A DNA stretch of 62,949 nucleotides from Trichinella spiralis. Taxonomy: Eukaryota. Below, in pieces: positions 41,001 to 55,269 of the stretch. The notes beneath the pieces were generated by a model. It saw nothing but the letters and a program-made list of their open reading frames with translations, did no database searches and was not told the DNA's origin. The position numbers were made by a program, and so were the translations under genes. The first letter of the stretch is position 1, and each line of letters starts with the position of its first letter. The stretch covers positions 6,115,008-6,177,956 of the forward strand of contig NW_003526941.1 of NCBI RefSeq assembly GCF_000181795.1, in the 5' to 3' direction.

Positions 41001-44000
41001 GGTTGACAGTTTCATCAATAAGGTAGCATAATTCATCTGGGAACTTTTGCCTATTATCAAACTATTCTGTATTTTTTTGTTTAATTTTTTTCAGCAATTT
41101 TATTAAGCGAATAAAATTGCAAGGCATTTGTTGTAGATAGATTTGAAGTTGTCCGTGAAATGAATGGTCATTTTTATTATGATAATAATTCGAGGAATAA
41201 AGTGAAAAATTGTTTTTTGTTTTACGGTACAGTAGTTTGATATTTTCTTCTCCGGGCAGTATTGGATTGTGTAAATGAAATTGGAAACTTTTAATTATTA
41301 ATGCCCATACCATAATGCAATAACTGCAATGTGTACAGTTTTCAAATGTTCTTGTAAAATTATTATGCAGACGAACAAGAAAGAGAGATTTGTTCCTTTT
41401 AGGAAGACTGGAAAGGCAAATTCGGAGAGTTGTCAGTCTCCGTATGTGCCCAGTTTGGATGTGGACCCGATGAGCAGAACAGTGTCGTATGAGTCGGTTG
41501 CCAGCACACTTTGCGACGTGAGCAGCATGGTGACGGCCCAGAGCCGTGCTTCGGTGAATTCGGAACGAAGCAGCACGCCAACCGAGAGTTTGGACGAGAC
41601 GAGACTGTATTTGCGGTCGATGCGCTCTCAGTTGGAAATTGTTGAAAACAAATGCGCCCGTCTTGAAGAGGAAAATGCAAATTTGAGGAAGAATGTCCGT
41701 GAGTGTTCAGCGGCGGCGGCGGCTGGGGCGACGACCACCACGACCACCACCACCACGTCGACCGTGGTCGTTGGAGAAGGCGACGCGACCAGAGCTCTGC
41801 AAGAGCGGCTTGCACTTCTGGAAGGTCTGTACGAAGATTATAGGGACGAAAATTTGGCGTTGAAAAGCGAATTGCGCGACGCGCACGAATCCACCGCCAA
41901 GCAGGCGAATGCCGAAGCGAAGTTGCTCAAGGAGAAATTGCTGTCGATGGAAGCGATCTGTGAAGAGCTTATGGGTGAAAATGACAAACTGAAGCAGGAG
42001 ATGCTGAATTTGCAACAAGAGATCGACGAAATGCACGACCAATATCGCGAAGAGGAGATTGACGAGTTTCGCGAATTGCAGCGTGAATTGGAGCAGACGG
42101 CGAAAAATTGCCGCATTCTGCAATTCAAGCTCAGAAAAGCCGAACGCAGGAACGACCAATCCGAAGCGGACAGGCACCGTCTTGAACAACAGTTGCACGA
42201 AATTTTGTCCCAACAGCAGCAACAGTCGGGGTTGGGCGTGTCCGCATTGCGGTCGGATGCCGCCAGTCCGTTGTTCGACCTGTCGAGGAGACGTGATTTG
42301 GAAGCTGAGCTGCGCATTGCGAAAGAAGTGTCCGTGCGTTTGCACAACGAACTCGAAATGCTCGAAGAGAAACGATGCAAATACGAAGACGAAAACTTCT
42401 ACCTCAAAGAGCGCATCCGAGAAATGGAAGCTCGAGAAAAAATTATCGAACAAACCCACTTGCGTCACCACGAGCAGCGACGAGTGTTCGGCTCGGCTGG
42501 TAAGTTGAACAACGACCCTACTGTTGCTGCCTCTGCTGGTGACAACAATGGCTCCGCAACGGTTTCATCCACTGACAACGGTGAAAATGGCAGGCTGATC
42601 AGTGGGGTGGCGGCTACGGCGGATGGGATCAACTTTGGTCAGTTGCTTCGGGATTTTCAAGATTCTCTGGAACGGGAAACCGATTTGAAAGAGCAGCTGA
42701 AATTTGCCGAAGACGATTTGCTGAGTGTGCGGCAAAAGGTGGCCGATTTGGAAACGGAAAACGAAGTGATGATGCGCCAGTTGGCCAAATTATCCTGCGA
42801 AGATAAGCGCAACAGCAGCGGTAGTGGCGGCAGCAGTGGAGGCAGTCGACCGCCGATGACCCGCAGCTACAGCGAAGGCCATACGCAAATTGAGCTCGAA
42901 TTGGCCGAACACGAAGCCGAAGTGTTGAAAACTCGCCTCAGACGCACCGAACGGGACAACGACAAACTGATAGCCCGAGTCGCCTTGTTGGAGAAGGAGT
43001 TGCAAAAGTTGGGCGCGGGAAACCGCGAATTCAGCGAAGAGGAACTGTTCGCCTCAGTGCCGGATACTTATTACAAGCAGAAAGCGAAACTGCTCGAAGA
43101 AGAGTTGGAAGAGTTGAGAAGTCGATTTGAAAACAGCAACGCCGAATCCGACCAAATATACACTGCTGAAAAGCGGAAGCAAGAACTTTCCCACCAGGTG
43201 GAAGGGGACGGTTCTTCGTTGGCCGTTGGCAAGAATAATAATAATTCACTGTTGCCCAGCGGTCATTCGACCGGCACATCATCCACCACCACTACTACTA
43301 GTAGTAGTGGTACGTCGGTGGATGTGAATCGCCAGATGCGCTTGATTGAAGAAGAGCTTGAAGTGTTGCGTGATCGGAATAATATGCTTGAAAAAGAAAA
43401 CGATCGTTTGTCAAGTGAAATCAGAAAATTGTATTTGATCAGTTCAACTCGTGCCAACAACACCATCAACAATGCACAGATGACGACCAGTGTTGTTGAT
43501 AAAGCGGCGGATTGTGCGGCAAATTTGAAAATGGCCGAACGATTCAGTCAAATGGAAAAAGATATACATCGTTTTATTGGTCGAATTTCAGAGTTGGAAC
43601 AAGAGAAAGAATTGTTGGTGAAAGATTTGGAACGTCGTAAACGACTGGATAATATCAAAAAGGAAGAAAGCCAACTGATGAACGAACATCTGCGCACTGT
43701 GCACGTCGGTACCGCTTCGGTGGGCGAACTGAGGGAACGGGTGACGGAACTTCTCAAAGAGAACGGTAAATTGTGAACTGATTTGCAATTTTGAATTATT
43801 TTCATATTGAAATTTTTCAGTTGTCCTGACGTATGAATTGCAAGTGGAGAGGCGAAAAAATCGAGAAATGGAAAGTCTTTTGGACGATTATAAAGAAATG
43901 ATTTCCACTCCACCCGCAAAAAGTGGCCGAATTGCGTGCAAAAAAACTACTGAAGATAAAGCTTCAGAAACTGTGCGACCGAGGCTGGAACAAGTAGATT

Positions 44001-47000
44001 TTTTTTTTCATTAATACAATTTTATCACAATTACAAATGAAAAACAGCGATGTCAAGTTTTGTAATTTTTATTGACGTGTACTGATTGAGTGATTGATTT
44101 AGCTCAACAATGGTTTGTTTTTTAGCTTTCAAATTATGCACGGTTCATTGCGGATTTTGATGCAGAGATGGGTTTGCTTTGCGTTGAATTTGACCAACTC
44201 GTTAGCCAGAGTCATACTTTTGTTAAAGCAAGAATTTTTTTTATATTATCCGAGTGCTGTTGTTGTCTTATTATTTATTTATTTATTATTGAATTAATTA
44301 TTTAAGAAAGAGCGTAAATTGTCGATGCCTTTGCGATCAAGCAGTCAAACGTCGTCGTACGCAGAATCTGTTGACCAAGAGAAACATTTGGAACCGGAAG
44401 TGAAAATATTGAAACAGAGGTTGAAAACGTTGAAAAGTCGGCTTGAAGAAGAATGCAAATTAATTTCATCATCGAAGCCTGCAGAATTATTCGAACAAAG
44501 CCACAACAGCCAAGAGCACGAAATTAGCAAACTTCGTGACCAGTTGTACTTGGTAACTGTCTATATATGCATATATATGTTTATATTGATGTTGTTTGTA
44601 TAATTTGTGTTTAGATGAATGCGGAAAAGTGCAGTGTTCAGAAAAAATTTGAAGCAGGTACTGTGCGTTTGTTGCAAACGGAAGAACGTTTGAAAAAAGA
44701 GCTGGAACGTGTGAAAGAGAATTATGAAAATCAGGTGAACGATTTGAAACGACGCTTGCAAGATTCGGAGCGGCTCGGCCAAGAAAATGCGTGCACGGTG
44801 AAAGAATTGGAGATGATGCTGGGCGAGAAGTGTTCGCACGCGCAAGAGTTGGAGTCGAAATTGAAGCAGATCGAGTCGGATACTCGTCAACGTTGCAGGG
44901 AGTTGCAAGAGAAGGCCGAGTCGGATCGCCGGCGTGTCAAGGAGTTCGAAATCAAATATCAAACTTTGGAATCCTTGCACGACACTGACCAAAGTCGATG
45001 GTCATTGGAACGTGAAAAGTTGAACAACGACCTCTGTGAGCTGAAGAAACGGTACGAGGAGATTCAGGCGGATTTAGAATCTTGCAAAGAATCCGCCGAC
45101 AGAAAGCAGAGCACCTGGAATCGTCAGAAAGCGGACTACGAGAATCGTCTGAAGCAGTTGCAAGCAGAGCTGAGCGACATTGACCGTCGCACAGCGAAAA
45201 GAGCCGCAGATTTGGCCTCAGCCGAAAGTCAGAAGCTTGTTGCTCAAGTTGAGCAGATGAAGAGACAAGCAGATTTAGAAAAAGAAGCACTGCTTGCTGA
45301 CAAAGTCGACTTGGAACACAAATTATCCCAAGTGAACAAGGAGATGATCAATCAGGGCGAACATTTGGAACGTTTGAAAGAAGAATTGGCACTCATGAAA
45401 TCGAGAGTACGTATTTTCTCTTTTTCTTTTTTCTTTTCGTAATCTCAAAATACTTTCAAATTTTATTGTATGTGTACAGTTTGAATGAAAATTGTCTTCA
45501 AATTGTTCATTCGACGAGAGTAGATTTAAAAAAAAATCAAAATATTCAATTTGTCTAGGTTGGTGAGCAGAAGCAACAATTGCAAGATACGCGCAAGCAG
45601 CGGGACGATTTCAGAGAACAGCTTGGTCGTCTGCAGCAGAGTTGGACTCGTGAACGGGGTGAGTTGGTTCACAAATTGCGTCAAGAGGAGAAAATTCAAC
45701 AAGCTGAACAGCAAGCTTTACGATTGAAATATGAAAGTCGAATCAAGGTGATGGAAGACAGCGTGAAACGAAATCAATCCCAAGTGAGAGCGAACAAGCA
45801 ACCAAAACTGACAATGTTATATGTATATGTTTTTTACTTTTCATTTGCTTTTTCAGCTCTCTGTGGCTAGACACGAAAGGGAAAATTTTAAACAAAATAC
45901 CGTGAGCTTGGAGAAAAAAATTGTAGATTTGGTTGCAAAGCACCAAGAAGAGATTCATGCGCTCAAGTCACAGTTGGATATTTTGCGCAAGCAGGTCGGT
46001 TCACACGCACACAAGCAAAACCTTCTGCTGTTGATATAAAATGAGAGAAGTAAAGATTAAAAAAAGATATTTTATTTATTTAGAACGATGAAGTTGAAAG
46101 CATCAAGTTGCAACTTTCTCAAAAATCTGTCGAATTGGAACAGCTTCTTGGCACTGCTAAAACCGAAAGAGATTTGTGGCTAATAGAGCGGAAACATTTG
46201 GAATCTAAGATTAAACAAGTTAATATACATATATATATATCTTATTTTATTTTATTTTTAAATGATGAATGATGATGAAAGGAGGAAAGTTTTTTTCAAA
46301 AAAAATAATTTGTTTCAGAGTTCTACAAAATCAACTTTGAAAAATTGTTCAGAGATCAATTTCGAAAAGGAGAAGATGCTCACTGATGCGATAGAAATTG
46401 CCGGAAAGATTCGCATTCAAATGGACGATTTGAAAAATAGTCATGACAAAAAAATCAACCAACTGAAAGAGAGTTTGAAAAGTCAACGTCAAGAATGGAA
46501 TAAAGAGCGACAGGATATTAATAGAAAGCTGAAAGAGGTAGGTGTATATACATATATATGTATGTATGAAAGAAAAGCTATAAATAACTTTATTAAGCAA
46601 TCAGTTGTTTGTTTGTTTGTTCAGTTTCATGTGTATTTTGTTTAACAAGTTGGGTTTTTAGGCAGAAGATCAGCTGAGAATTTTGAACATAGATTATCAG
46701 AATTTGATGAGCAAAGAAAGTGCACACGAGAACGAGAAAACCACCCTTCAGATGGAAAAGGACGCGCTGATCACTCATATCCAAGATGTGGAAATAAGAA
46801 CTTTGGCCAACAAGTACAAGCTTGACAGAATTTCTGATCACATGATTGATGTAGAAGCGAAATTGAACAACAACAACAACAACAACAGCGACAAGTTGAC
46901 TGACCATCTTGACCAACGTGACGTCGAATCTGCGCAACAGCTCATACGATCAGTACGCATTGCTCTTTGCCGAGCAAATTGTCAGCTTTTTGTCTAATTT

Positions 47001-48975
47001 GTATGCATAATTTTTAGATTTGCTTGCAGTTGAAGAATATTCGCGACGATATGGCCAAGGTGAAAGAATTAGGCAAAGCAGTGCCAAATTTGGAATTGTT
47101 AACCACGCACAGCACGAACAAAGATCGTATAAAATACGATGACGCGTTGCTGCTGGTCGATTTTCAACCCAACCAAACTAACAACGGAGGTAAAAATATT
47201 TCCCAAAGAGTAATAATGTTGTTTGTTAGTTAGTTAGTTAGTTTGTTTGTTTGTTCTTAACCAGATAAAAATGCTGCAAACACTGCCGCTGGCGAACGTC
47301 TGATCTCTGATGCAGCAGTGGCTAAGAATTCCACCAAGTCCGCTTTTTGTCGAACCGCAAGCAGTGAATCAAATTATAACTTTTCTACATTGCATCGATT
47401 GCGATCTCCTTCACCAAGTCCGAGAAAAATAACAAATTATCCCGAAGCGCCTCCATCTATTATAATAAGTAAGGGTGTTCATTCGATTTATTGAAATTGA
47501 AACGATATTTCATTTTCAACATATTTCATTCACAATGATGACAATACTGACAATTAAAATGAAATTTTAAATTATTTTATTTAACAAGTGTCCAGTTTTT
47601 TCCCATTGCACTGAACGAGTAGTAGCAGTAGAACGGTAGTAGTAAAAATAGTTAGTTATTAATAAATCTAATCCAGATACGAAAAAAGCAGTCGAATATG
47701 ACAAAGATGGTCGACGTCACTGGGTGCGTCGAAGTATGTGCCGTAGTGTTTCCTTGGATCCTACTCCAGTGTCGAAAAATCCCCTCGTCTTGACCAGTGC
47801 TTCGGATTTACCTCCTCCCAGCGGTTCAACGCAACATCCGAGAAGCAACAGCGCAGGTATTGTCTCGTTGAGGTTTTATTTGTGTAGTCACGTGCAAACA
47901 AAAATAAAAAGATGTGATAGTAGTAGATATATTTCATAACGTTTGTTTGTTTGTAGGATCGGATATGCTTTTTCGTGTGAAGCCGAAGGCTGCGGTTTCG
48001 ATCACCGCCACCGATTCAGAAATTCGTCCCGAGAATTGGACGCAGAGCTGCTCAGCTGCTGTCAAGCCTCAGATGCAGAAATCAAGAGAGAAAATTGCAA
48101 ATTTATTCTCTAATCTCGGCCGAGAAAAAGGCGGCAGCAGAGTTCGAGAGAAGCGGCGAATATTCGAAGGAAGCAGAACAAGTTCAGTTGAATCATCCGA
48201 AACTGGCCAAATGATCGGCTCTCTTGGAATGCAGGTAAAAATATAGTATTTTGTACAATTTAAAAGATAAAAATTATTGTTTATTTTAAATTTACATTTG
48301 ATTTTATGCATCGTAATTGTTTTTTTTTGTTCATTTCATCAACAGACTTGCTTAGTTGGTGCTTCGTCAGATATTGAAAATATTTTGCATAATAAAAAAA
48401 GTGGCGAGCGAAATTTGCCGCCGCGTCAGGCGAGATCAAGCAGCGCTACGAGACTTTTGCAAAGGCTCCGTGGACGCAGCACAAGTCGTGACACGCCTCG
48501 TTCAGCTTTCACTGAAACACCAGCAGCACCGTCATCATCATCACAAAAAGCTGATGACGCTGTCTCGGACAAAGTTGCTGCAGGTTGCTTTCACACGCAT
48601 AATATGAAGAAAAGAAAAAATAAGCCGAAAGCAGCAGCAACAGCAGCTTATTGCAGCATCTCCACCAGTGAAGAACAATCGGTAAGCTAAAACGAAAAGA
48701 ATTGATTGATTACTGTAAGCTTTGCCTTTTTTAAACAAGCACTACAAAAACGGGGAAGGAGTGTTTATTTGAATTTTTATTTCAAGCAGACAACCAGCAA
48801 TGACGACTGCTACAACAAGGTTATAAACAATAAAGACACCACCACCACCACCACCATTTCTCTTGGCGACACTGAAACCACCGAAAGCCGTGCTCTTAGT
48901 AGCGTGAACAGATCCAGACCTCGGTCAAGGGAAACATTCTCAAATTTGAAAACACAACTACCTTTTTCAAAATAG
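38036..48975 (+). CDS. SOGA/MTCL-family large coiled-coil protein (~2100 aa, 16 exons)
   Basis: Phase-consistent exons: 38036-38418, 41403-43765, 43821-43993, 44307-44552, 44615-45406, 45559-45783, 45857-45994, 46084-46218, 46319-46537, 46662-46952, 47018-47189, 47265-47468, 47677-47856, 47957-48234, 48346-48681, 48787/48790-48975. SOGA-type signatures: EFRELQRELEQTAKNCRILQFKLRKAERR, ELRIAKEVSVRLHNEL and ERETDLKEQLKFAE. The 3' low-complexity exons are less certain. Confidence 0.85.
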
Positions 48976-51794
48976 AGAATTCAATCAATCAGAACTGATT
49001 TTACTGATTTTATTTTTTAAATTTTGCGCATACTTTTTTTTGTTTCCTAAAGCGCACAACATTTTAATGTGCCTTATAAAAAAACTTACACACACACGCA
49101 CATATATATATATATATAATATGCATTGCAATTTTCAGTGTTTTTTATCTTTTCTTGAATTTGTTTTCTCATTACTTATGCTATAATTTTTTCAGGGAAA
49201 ACAACTTAAACAACTAATAAATTACGCCTTATCGATTTGTAAGCTTGTTGATGAGGTGTAATGCACCGGAGAATTGCTGTGTAATGCATAAGCAAAATCA
49301 GCAGCAATATTACACTAGAATTAGAAGATTTTTTTTGGTGAGAAAATTTCAGTTTGACAATTAATAAAATTATCTACCATGCTCACTTATCAAACTCTTT
49401 CAAATATATCCATCTCTGTTATCTGAATTCATATAACTTCTTTGCCATCCGCAAGACTGCTGCATCAGACGACAAAGAAAATGGGTTTGATTTATCTGCA
49501 CGAAGCAGGACATATACAAATTTCCACTTTATGAAATTTCCATGCAAATCAGTCTCCACTATGAGCATACGATGAATGACGAAGCATTGGAGATGTGTAA
49601 TTTCAGGGACAATTCAATTGCCGGTAAGAAATACAAAGTTTTGTTTTATAGAAAAATAACAGAATAATTATTAATCTACTTGACATGTAATTTTTAGGCA
49701 TATTTTCTATATCATCATCAGTTGTTTAAACTTCTTTAAACAGGTTTTTTAAAGTTTATTTATGAATTACTGATTATTCAATGTGCGCTGCTTTTCTGAA
49801 CGACTCAGCATGATCGACAGGAATAACAAGTGGAATAACTCTGTTTCTGAATGTATTGCAAAAAGATCTGTTTTGGAAGAAAATTATTTTATTACGTGTT
49901 TGCTAATTTCGCAAGAAAATAAGGTTGCAGTATTTCAGATCAATAGTATGTATATTCAGCGTTCAGCTGTCACTGATATTCAGCTGAGGAAGTGCGGTTC
50001 AACAAAAAGCGACAACTCAACTTGAAACAAAATCACCAACAAATCCATAAACAGGTATACATAACCAACCATTCATTTAAATAATAATAAAACAACAGAA
50101 AAAATGAAAAGGTATTTAGATTAACGAAGATCAAGAAGTTTCTAATAAGCATTCACGACTCAAAAGGGTAACTGTTCTACATTCTACATACAATAAATAC
50201 TTTATTGAATTTCAATGAAATCGTAATAACTTTTAGTACTTAGTAAAGTTTAGCATAATGTTTACATACCATTACGCTATAACTGGGCAAATATGAATTT
50301 ACGTCACCAAAGGCAAGTTCATATTATTCTAATTCCTCAAGCTTGACACACTTTTCAAAGGATCATATTCATAGTTATTCATAGCCTTCACAGTAATATT
50401 ATATGTGAAAATCATCGGTCAAGAAACGCCCTAAAGTGTCCGCTTCGATATCATCGACAGTTAAGAGGTAAGTCACTTGTACAATTGTACTAACGTTCTT
50501 CGTATGAATCCCATCCTTTCATTTTGACTAATTCTTATTTAAGACGCACATTTAATTAAAGAAATTGCGTTTAAGAAATTTCAAAATTTAAGGATGCTAT
50601 ATGCCATAAGGAAAAATCAGGAACAAATTTCAACTCCACCATACACTTCTCTTTGCTCGTTCATTTGAAGACTTGCCATAAATTTTCACAAACCTGTTAT
50701 TTTTTCATTTCATTTTGTATACGTCATTTCTTATCATTCCGTTCAAACTAATATCGCATTTTTCTGCCATCGCCAATTTGAGAAAAATGGCCAAAACGTT
50801 TTTGTCGAAATATCTACCTTTGTTAAATCGCGAATGATCACAATGACAAATCATAAGTGTTATGGAAAGTTTCAGCTAAAACGCAGGGTAAATTTGGAAT
50901 AAATGTCCTCTAAAGTTAGGGCATTGCGCCTATATTAATACATAGGAAAGATGCACATCTATAACTTCCCCCACAGGGAACTGGAATGCGTGATTTTAAG
51001 CGAACGCTACCTTTTTGACATTTGAGTAAACTGAGCATTCAAACTGTGCTACCATATGCAACATTTTACTTTTTTGGACAAATTAGAACGTTTTAGAAAG
51101 TCTCATGGCAAACTAACACGATCAACAACTACCAACAAATATTGTTGAATAAACGGTATCTAAAGTTTGCATGCGCCTATTCTTATTATTATTGAATTTT
51201 TTCTTCATTTATGGGAACAGTATTGTACAATTATTTATTACAGAAACTAACAATAATACTCAGTTGATTATTTAATGAGATATTTGACAAAATTGCTTGT
51301 TAGCAAAGGTGTCATTTACAGAGGGAAAGAATACATGATTCCATGAAAACTGTAAATAAAACGTTTTATTTTCAATAATTCTTATTTCAGTATCATTTTT
51401 AATCAATTAAATTGCGTAAATAAAAATTTAGATTTCAAGGGGTTTCTGTATTACAAAAGTGAAATTCAGGCACAAATGTAATTGGAATCAGCAACTTTTG
51501 CTCACGGGTATTCGCTCAAATTCTTGTATAAATGCTAATGAAATGCAATTATAAGATGTATTATTAAGTGCGCAGGTTTCGATTCCGTCTCAGATGTCCC
51601 CACTAAAATCGCATCTTTGTGCAACTATTTTGGCAATATTTATTCAAATACGCTTCCATGCATCGTGAGATAAGGTTTGTTGTGATTCAGTAAATTTTTC
51701 TGATCAATTGAAATCATTTTTTTGGAAGAAATTAAAATTTTTCGACTTTTCAAAAAGCAAGGCTATACCCTTTGCTGTTTTTGTTATTTTCAAA

Positions 51795-52640
51795 NNNNNN
51801 NNNNNNNNNNNNNNNNNNNNNNNNNNNNNNNNNNNNNNNNNNNNNNNNNNNNNNNNNNNNNNNNNNNNNNNNNNNNNNNNNNNNNNNNNNNNNNNNNNNN
51901 NNNNNNNNNNNNNNNNNNNNNNNNNNNNNNNNNNNNNNNNNNNNNNNNNNNNNNNNNNNNNNNNNNNNNNNNNNNNNNNNNNNNNNNNNNNNNNNNNNNN
52001 NNNNNNNNNNNNNNNNNNNNNNNNNNNNNNNNNNNNNNNNNNNNNNNNNNNNNNNNNNNNNNNNNNNNNNNNNNNNNNNNNNNNNNNNNNNNNNNNNNNN
52101 NNNNNNNNNNNNNNNNNNNNNNNNNNNNNNNNNNNNNNNNNNNNNNNNNNNNNNNNNNNNNNNNNNNNNNNNNNNNNNNNNNNNNNNNNNNNNNNNNNNN
52201 NNNNNNNNNNNNNNNNNNNNNNNNNNNNNNNNNNNNNNNNNNNNNNNNNNNNNNNNNNNNNNNNNNNNNNNNNNNNNNNNNNNNNNNNNNNNNNNNNNNN
52301 NNNNNNNNNNNNNNNNNNNNNNNNNNNNNNNNNNNNNNNNNNNNNNNNNNNNNNNNNNNNNNNNNNNNNNNNNNNNNNNNNNNNNNNNNNNNNNNNNNNN
52401 NNNNNNNNNNNNNNNNNNNNNNNNNNNNNNNNNNNNNNNNNNNNNNNNNNNNNNNNNNNNNNNNNNNNNNNNNNNNNNNNNNNNNNNNNNNNNNNNNNNN
52501 NNNNNNNNNNNNNNNNNNNNNNNNNNNNNNNNNNNNNNNNNNNNNNNNNNNNNNNNNNNNNNNNNNNNNNNNNNNNNNNNNNNNNNNNNNNNNNNNNNNN
52601 NNNNNNNNNNNNNNNNNNNNNNNNNNNNNNNNNNNNNNNN
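51795..52640. other. Assembly gap (846 N)
   Basis: Run of N; the overlapping X-ORFs in the track are artefacts. Confidence 1.
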
Positions 52641-55269
52641 CCCACCTGTCACTCCCTTGAAACGGCTCCAGGATGGTTGAATTTTGATTTAGGAAACGTT
52701 TTTTACATTATAGTGAGGTATTCGATGAAACTGTGTAGTCTTTTGCAATAATTATTTGTTTTGGGCATGTCGATTTATTTTCATTTTCCGTTAATTTGGA
52801 ATAAATTTATAGAAATTGTTTCAGGACGGATTGAAATGTAAATATAATCTAAATGTGATTACAAATTGCTATTCCACTGACATTTTCACCCTTTACCAGT
52901 TCTTGTTCTAGTATAGTTTTATTGAATGGTTGACTTTGCCATTAGTCTCGATTTTTTCATCCTTAGCTTGCAAAACGTTTCCTACAATTTTGTGATTGGC
53001 TGTTCATTGATAGGTTGTAATGGTTTCGTTATTAATTGGCTGATGAATTGTGCAATGTTATTAGTTACTCAATTTTCATCACCAATTGGACGAATGTGTA
53101 GTTATATTTGATTAGCTCCTTAATTCTGTTCATTGATTGGGTGATTATTTTTCATCAAAGCTTTCCCCCAATATATATTGCATTACAGCTTAATTATCTT
53201 AGAGCTTGGTAGCAGTAGTTTGGTGCAATATTTCAGATGTTTATTTAATCTGATTTTCCTTTATTTACATTTATAAGGGCAACAGTTGTGTGAATCAACA
53301 CTCAAAAGGAAATTCATTTATTATGCATAATATTATATGAAGGTTGAATACAAACGTAATAACTTTTGTAATTAGTAAAATTCTCCATTGTATTGATGTC
53401 ATTCCGCCATCACCACTATACGTGCGGTGATTTCAACTGGGCTACGCTAACTATTCTAATTTCTTGGACTTGATCTTGATCCAATTTTAAGAATGTCGTC
53501 ATCGTGGTTATTTAGTTAATACATGCTTAGAGCAGCAGTCAGGAAGCGGGTTGAGCTCTTTTCCTCAATACCATATTCAGTTAGATAGTCAGTGATATTT
53601 CATTCCTGAGCCTCTGTTCTATTCATATACGATTCACATCAGACAGCATGTTAATCAACAATGGAGGTTGAACAATATGATGCAATTTGGATGTACTAAA
53701 GAATCCATGAGAAATTTGCTGAATAATTAGTGAACCCTGGCAGCGCGCTTTTTTTCGCATTTTACCTTTTTTTCTGCATAATGCAATATGAGTAGTAAGA
53801 GGAAGTTTTCACTTGATCGGTTGGTGGTTGTTCATACAAGAATGCAAGTGGACGAACTCTACTTCACGATACTTCTAACAGCGTATAGTGTAGTTTGGAA
53901 TAGAGAAAGAAGTAGTGCTTGTTCAGCAATTAATCTGCAAAATATTATCATCATGCTAGTACAGCCTCATTTACGTAAGACACTATTCTATACTTCTTTA
54001 ATTTACGCCATAATATTATTTGTGATAGATAGTGGCTTTGATCTGTAACGCATTCAGGATTTTGTTGTTGTTCAGCAATTATTATAATCTTTGGTGTTGG
54101 CTCATTACGTTGTTATTATGCGTTTTCAAAGCAAACGCATTTCTAGGTCAGAAGAGTAACTTTATGCAAATGTGATGGTAAACACAGCCGTTGGCATTCT
54201 GCTACGTACACTTTGTGCTATGCAAATGCGGTAGCAATGTTCCTTATATAAATTTCTGTTTATTGAGAGAACGGCATTATAGTATAAGTGTTCGCTGCTG
54301 AACGGCGGTCTAATTACTTACTGCACTGCGTTGTTTGGTCATTTTCATGGTTCAGTTCAACAAATACGTTGTGATTGTTAGACAGAAATATGAAGAAACC
54401 ACGAACATCAGTTACAAAATGTAAGACTCTACGTTTGCTTTATAAGTCATCCCTGACAGGTCTGACAGGTATGAATTTTCATATATTTGCTATTTTTTCG
54501 TACAATGTTTTCTTTCTTTTTCATGGCACACTGCATTTAACATGCGCGCTTTTTAAGCTTTTCGTAGTTGCTTGATTTTAGTCTTTTTGAATGGAAACTA
54601 GCGCGTTTTTCTTCAGTAATGATGTTCAATTAATATTCGAGACTTTATTACGGCCAAGCCAATATATAATAGTTCTAATGGTATATATTGCTATAATTTT
54701 AAATAGTCCTTACAAATCCATTTGTAAAGTAGTACTCTGACATAGCGGTTCAACCCCTCCCGCATTATCTTTACTGTCCACTGTAAAGTTTATTGCTAAT
54801 GTAACATACTTGCCCAATTGTTTAAAGGAAATGTCTGTCACCGGGATACTGCTGTCGCACAATCGCACCCCTAAATGCTTGTCACTGCTCAAATCGTGCA
54901 CAAGATTGTTTCAGCATAGCCTAGGAAAGCTGCTGTTAGCTAGAGAACACACTTTTATACGACCACCTTTGATACTTTCAGAATGGCAGTAACGTTCCCT
55001 TCATTTTTGAAATGACTCCTTAAAGTTTTCATTATGTCATTGTACCGCCAATAGCACTGACTTATGCAGATGCCCCTATTTTCTGCCATTGAGAAAATAA
55101 TGCCCATAAATGTTGTCAGTATTGATAAATGAACCTACGCCTGAATATTATACGTGAAGATTGAGTGGAAGACCGCATATGACAACTTCCACCTCCTCCA
55201 TCCTTCAACCTCTCCCTCATTCCTTCCTGCTATGCTGTCCCGCCCTCCTTTCCTGTCCAATGATCCCCA

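Noticed and set aside
41399..45290. Long antisense/alternate-frame ORFs over the SOGA-like exons
   Set aside because: Shadows of GC-richer coiled-coil codon usage.
49438..49623. Exon-like segment ending in G|GTAAG downstream of the SOGA-like gene
   Set aside because: It contains an in-frame stop and has no identifiable homology or partner exons.
51575..51600. GGTTTCGATTCC B-box-like motif suggesting a tRNA
   Set aside because: No A box, acceptor stem or cloverleaf can be formed.
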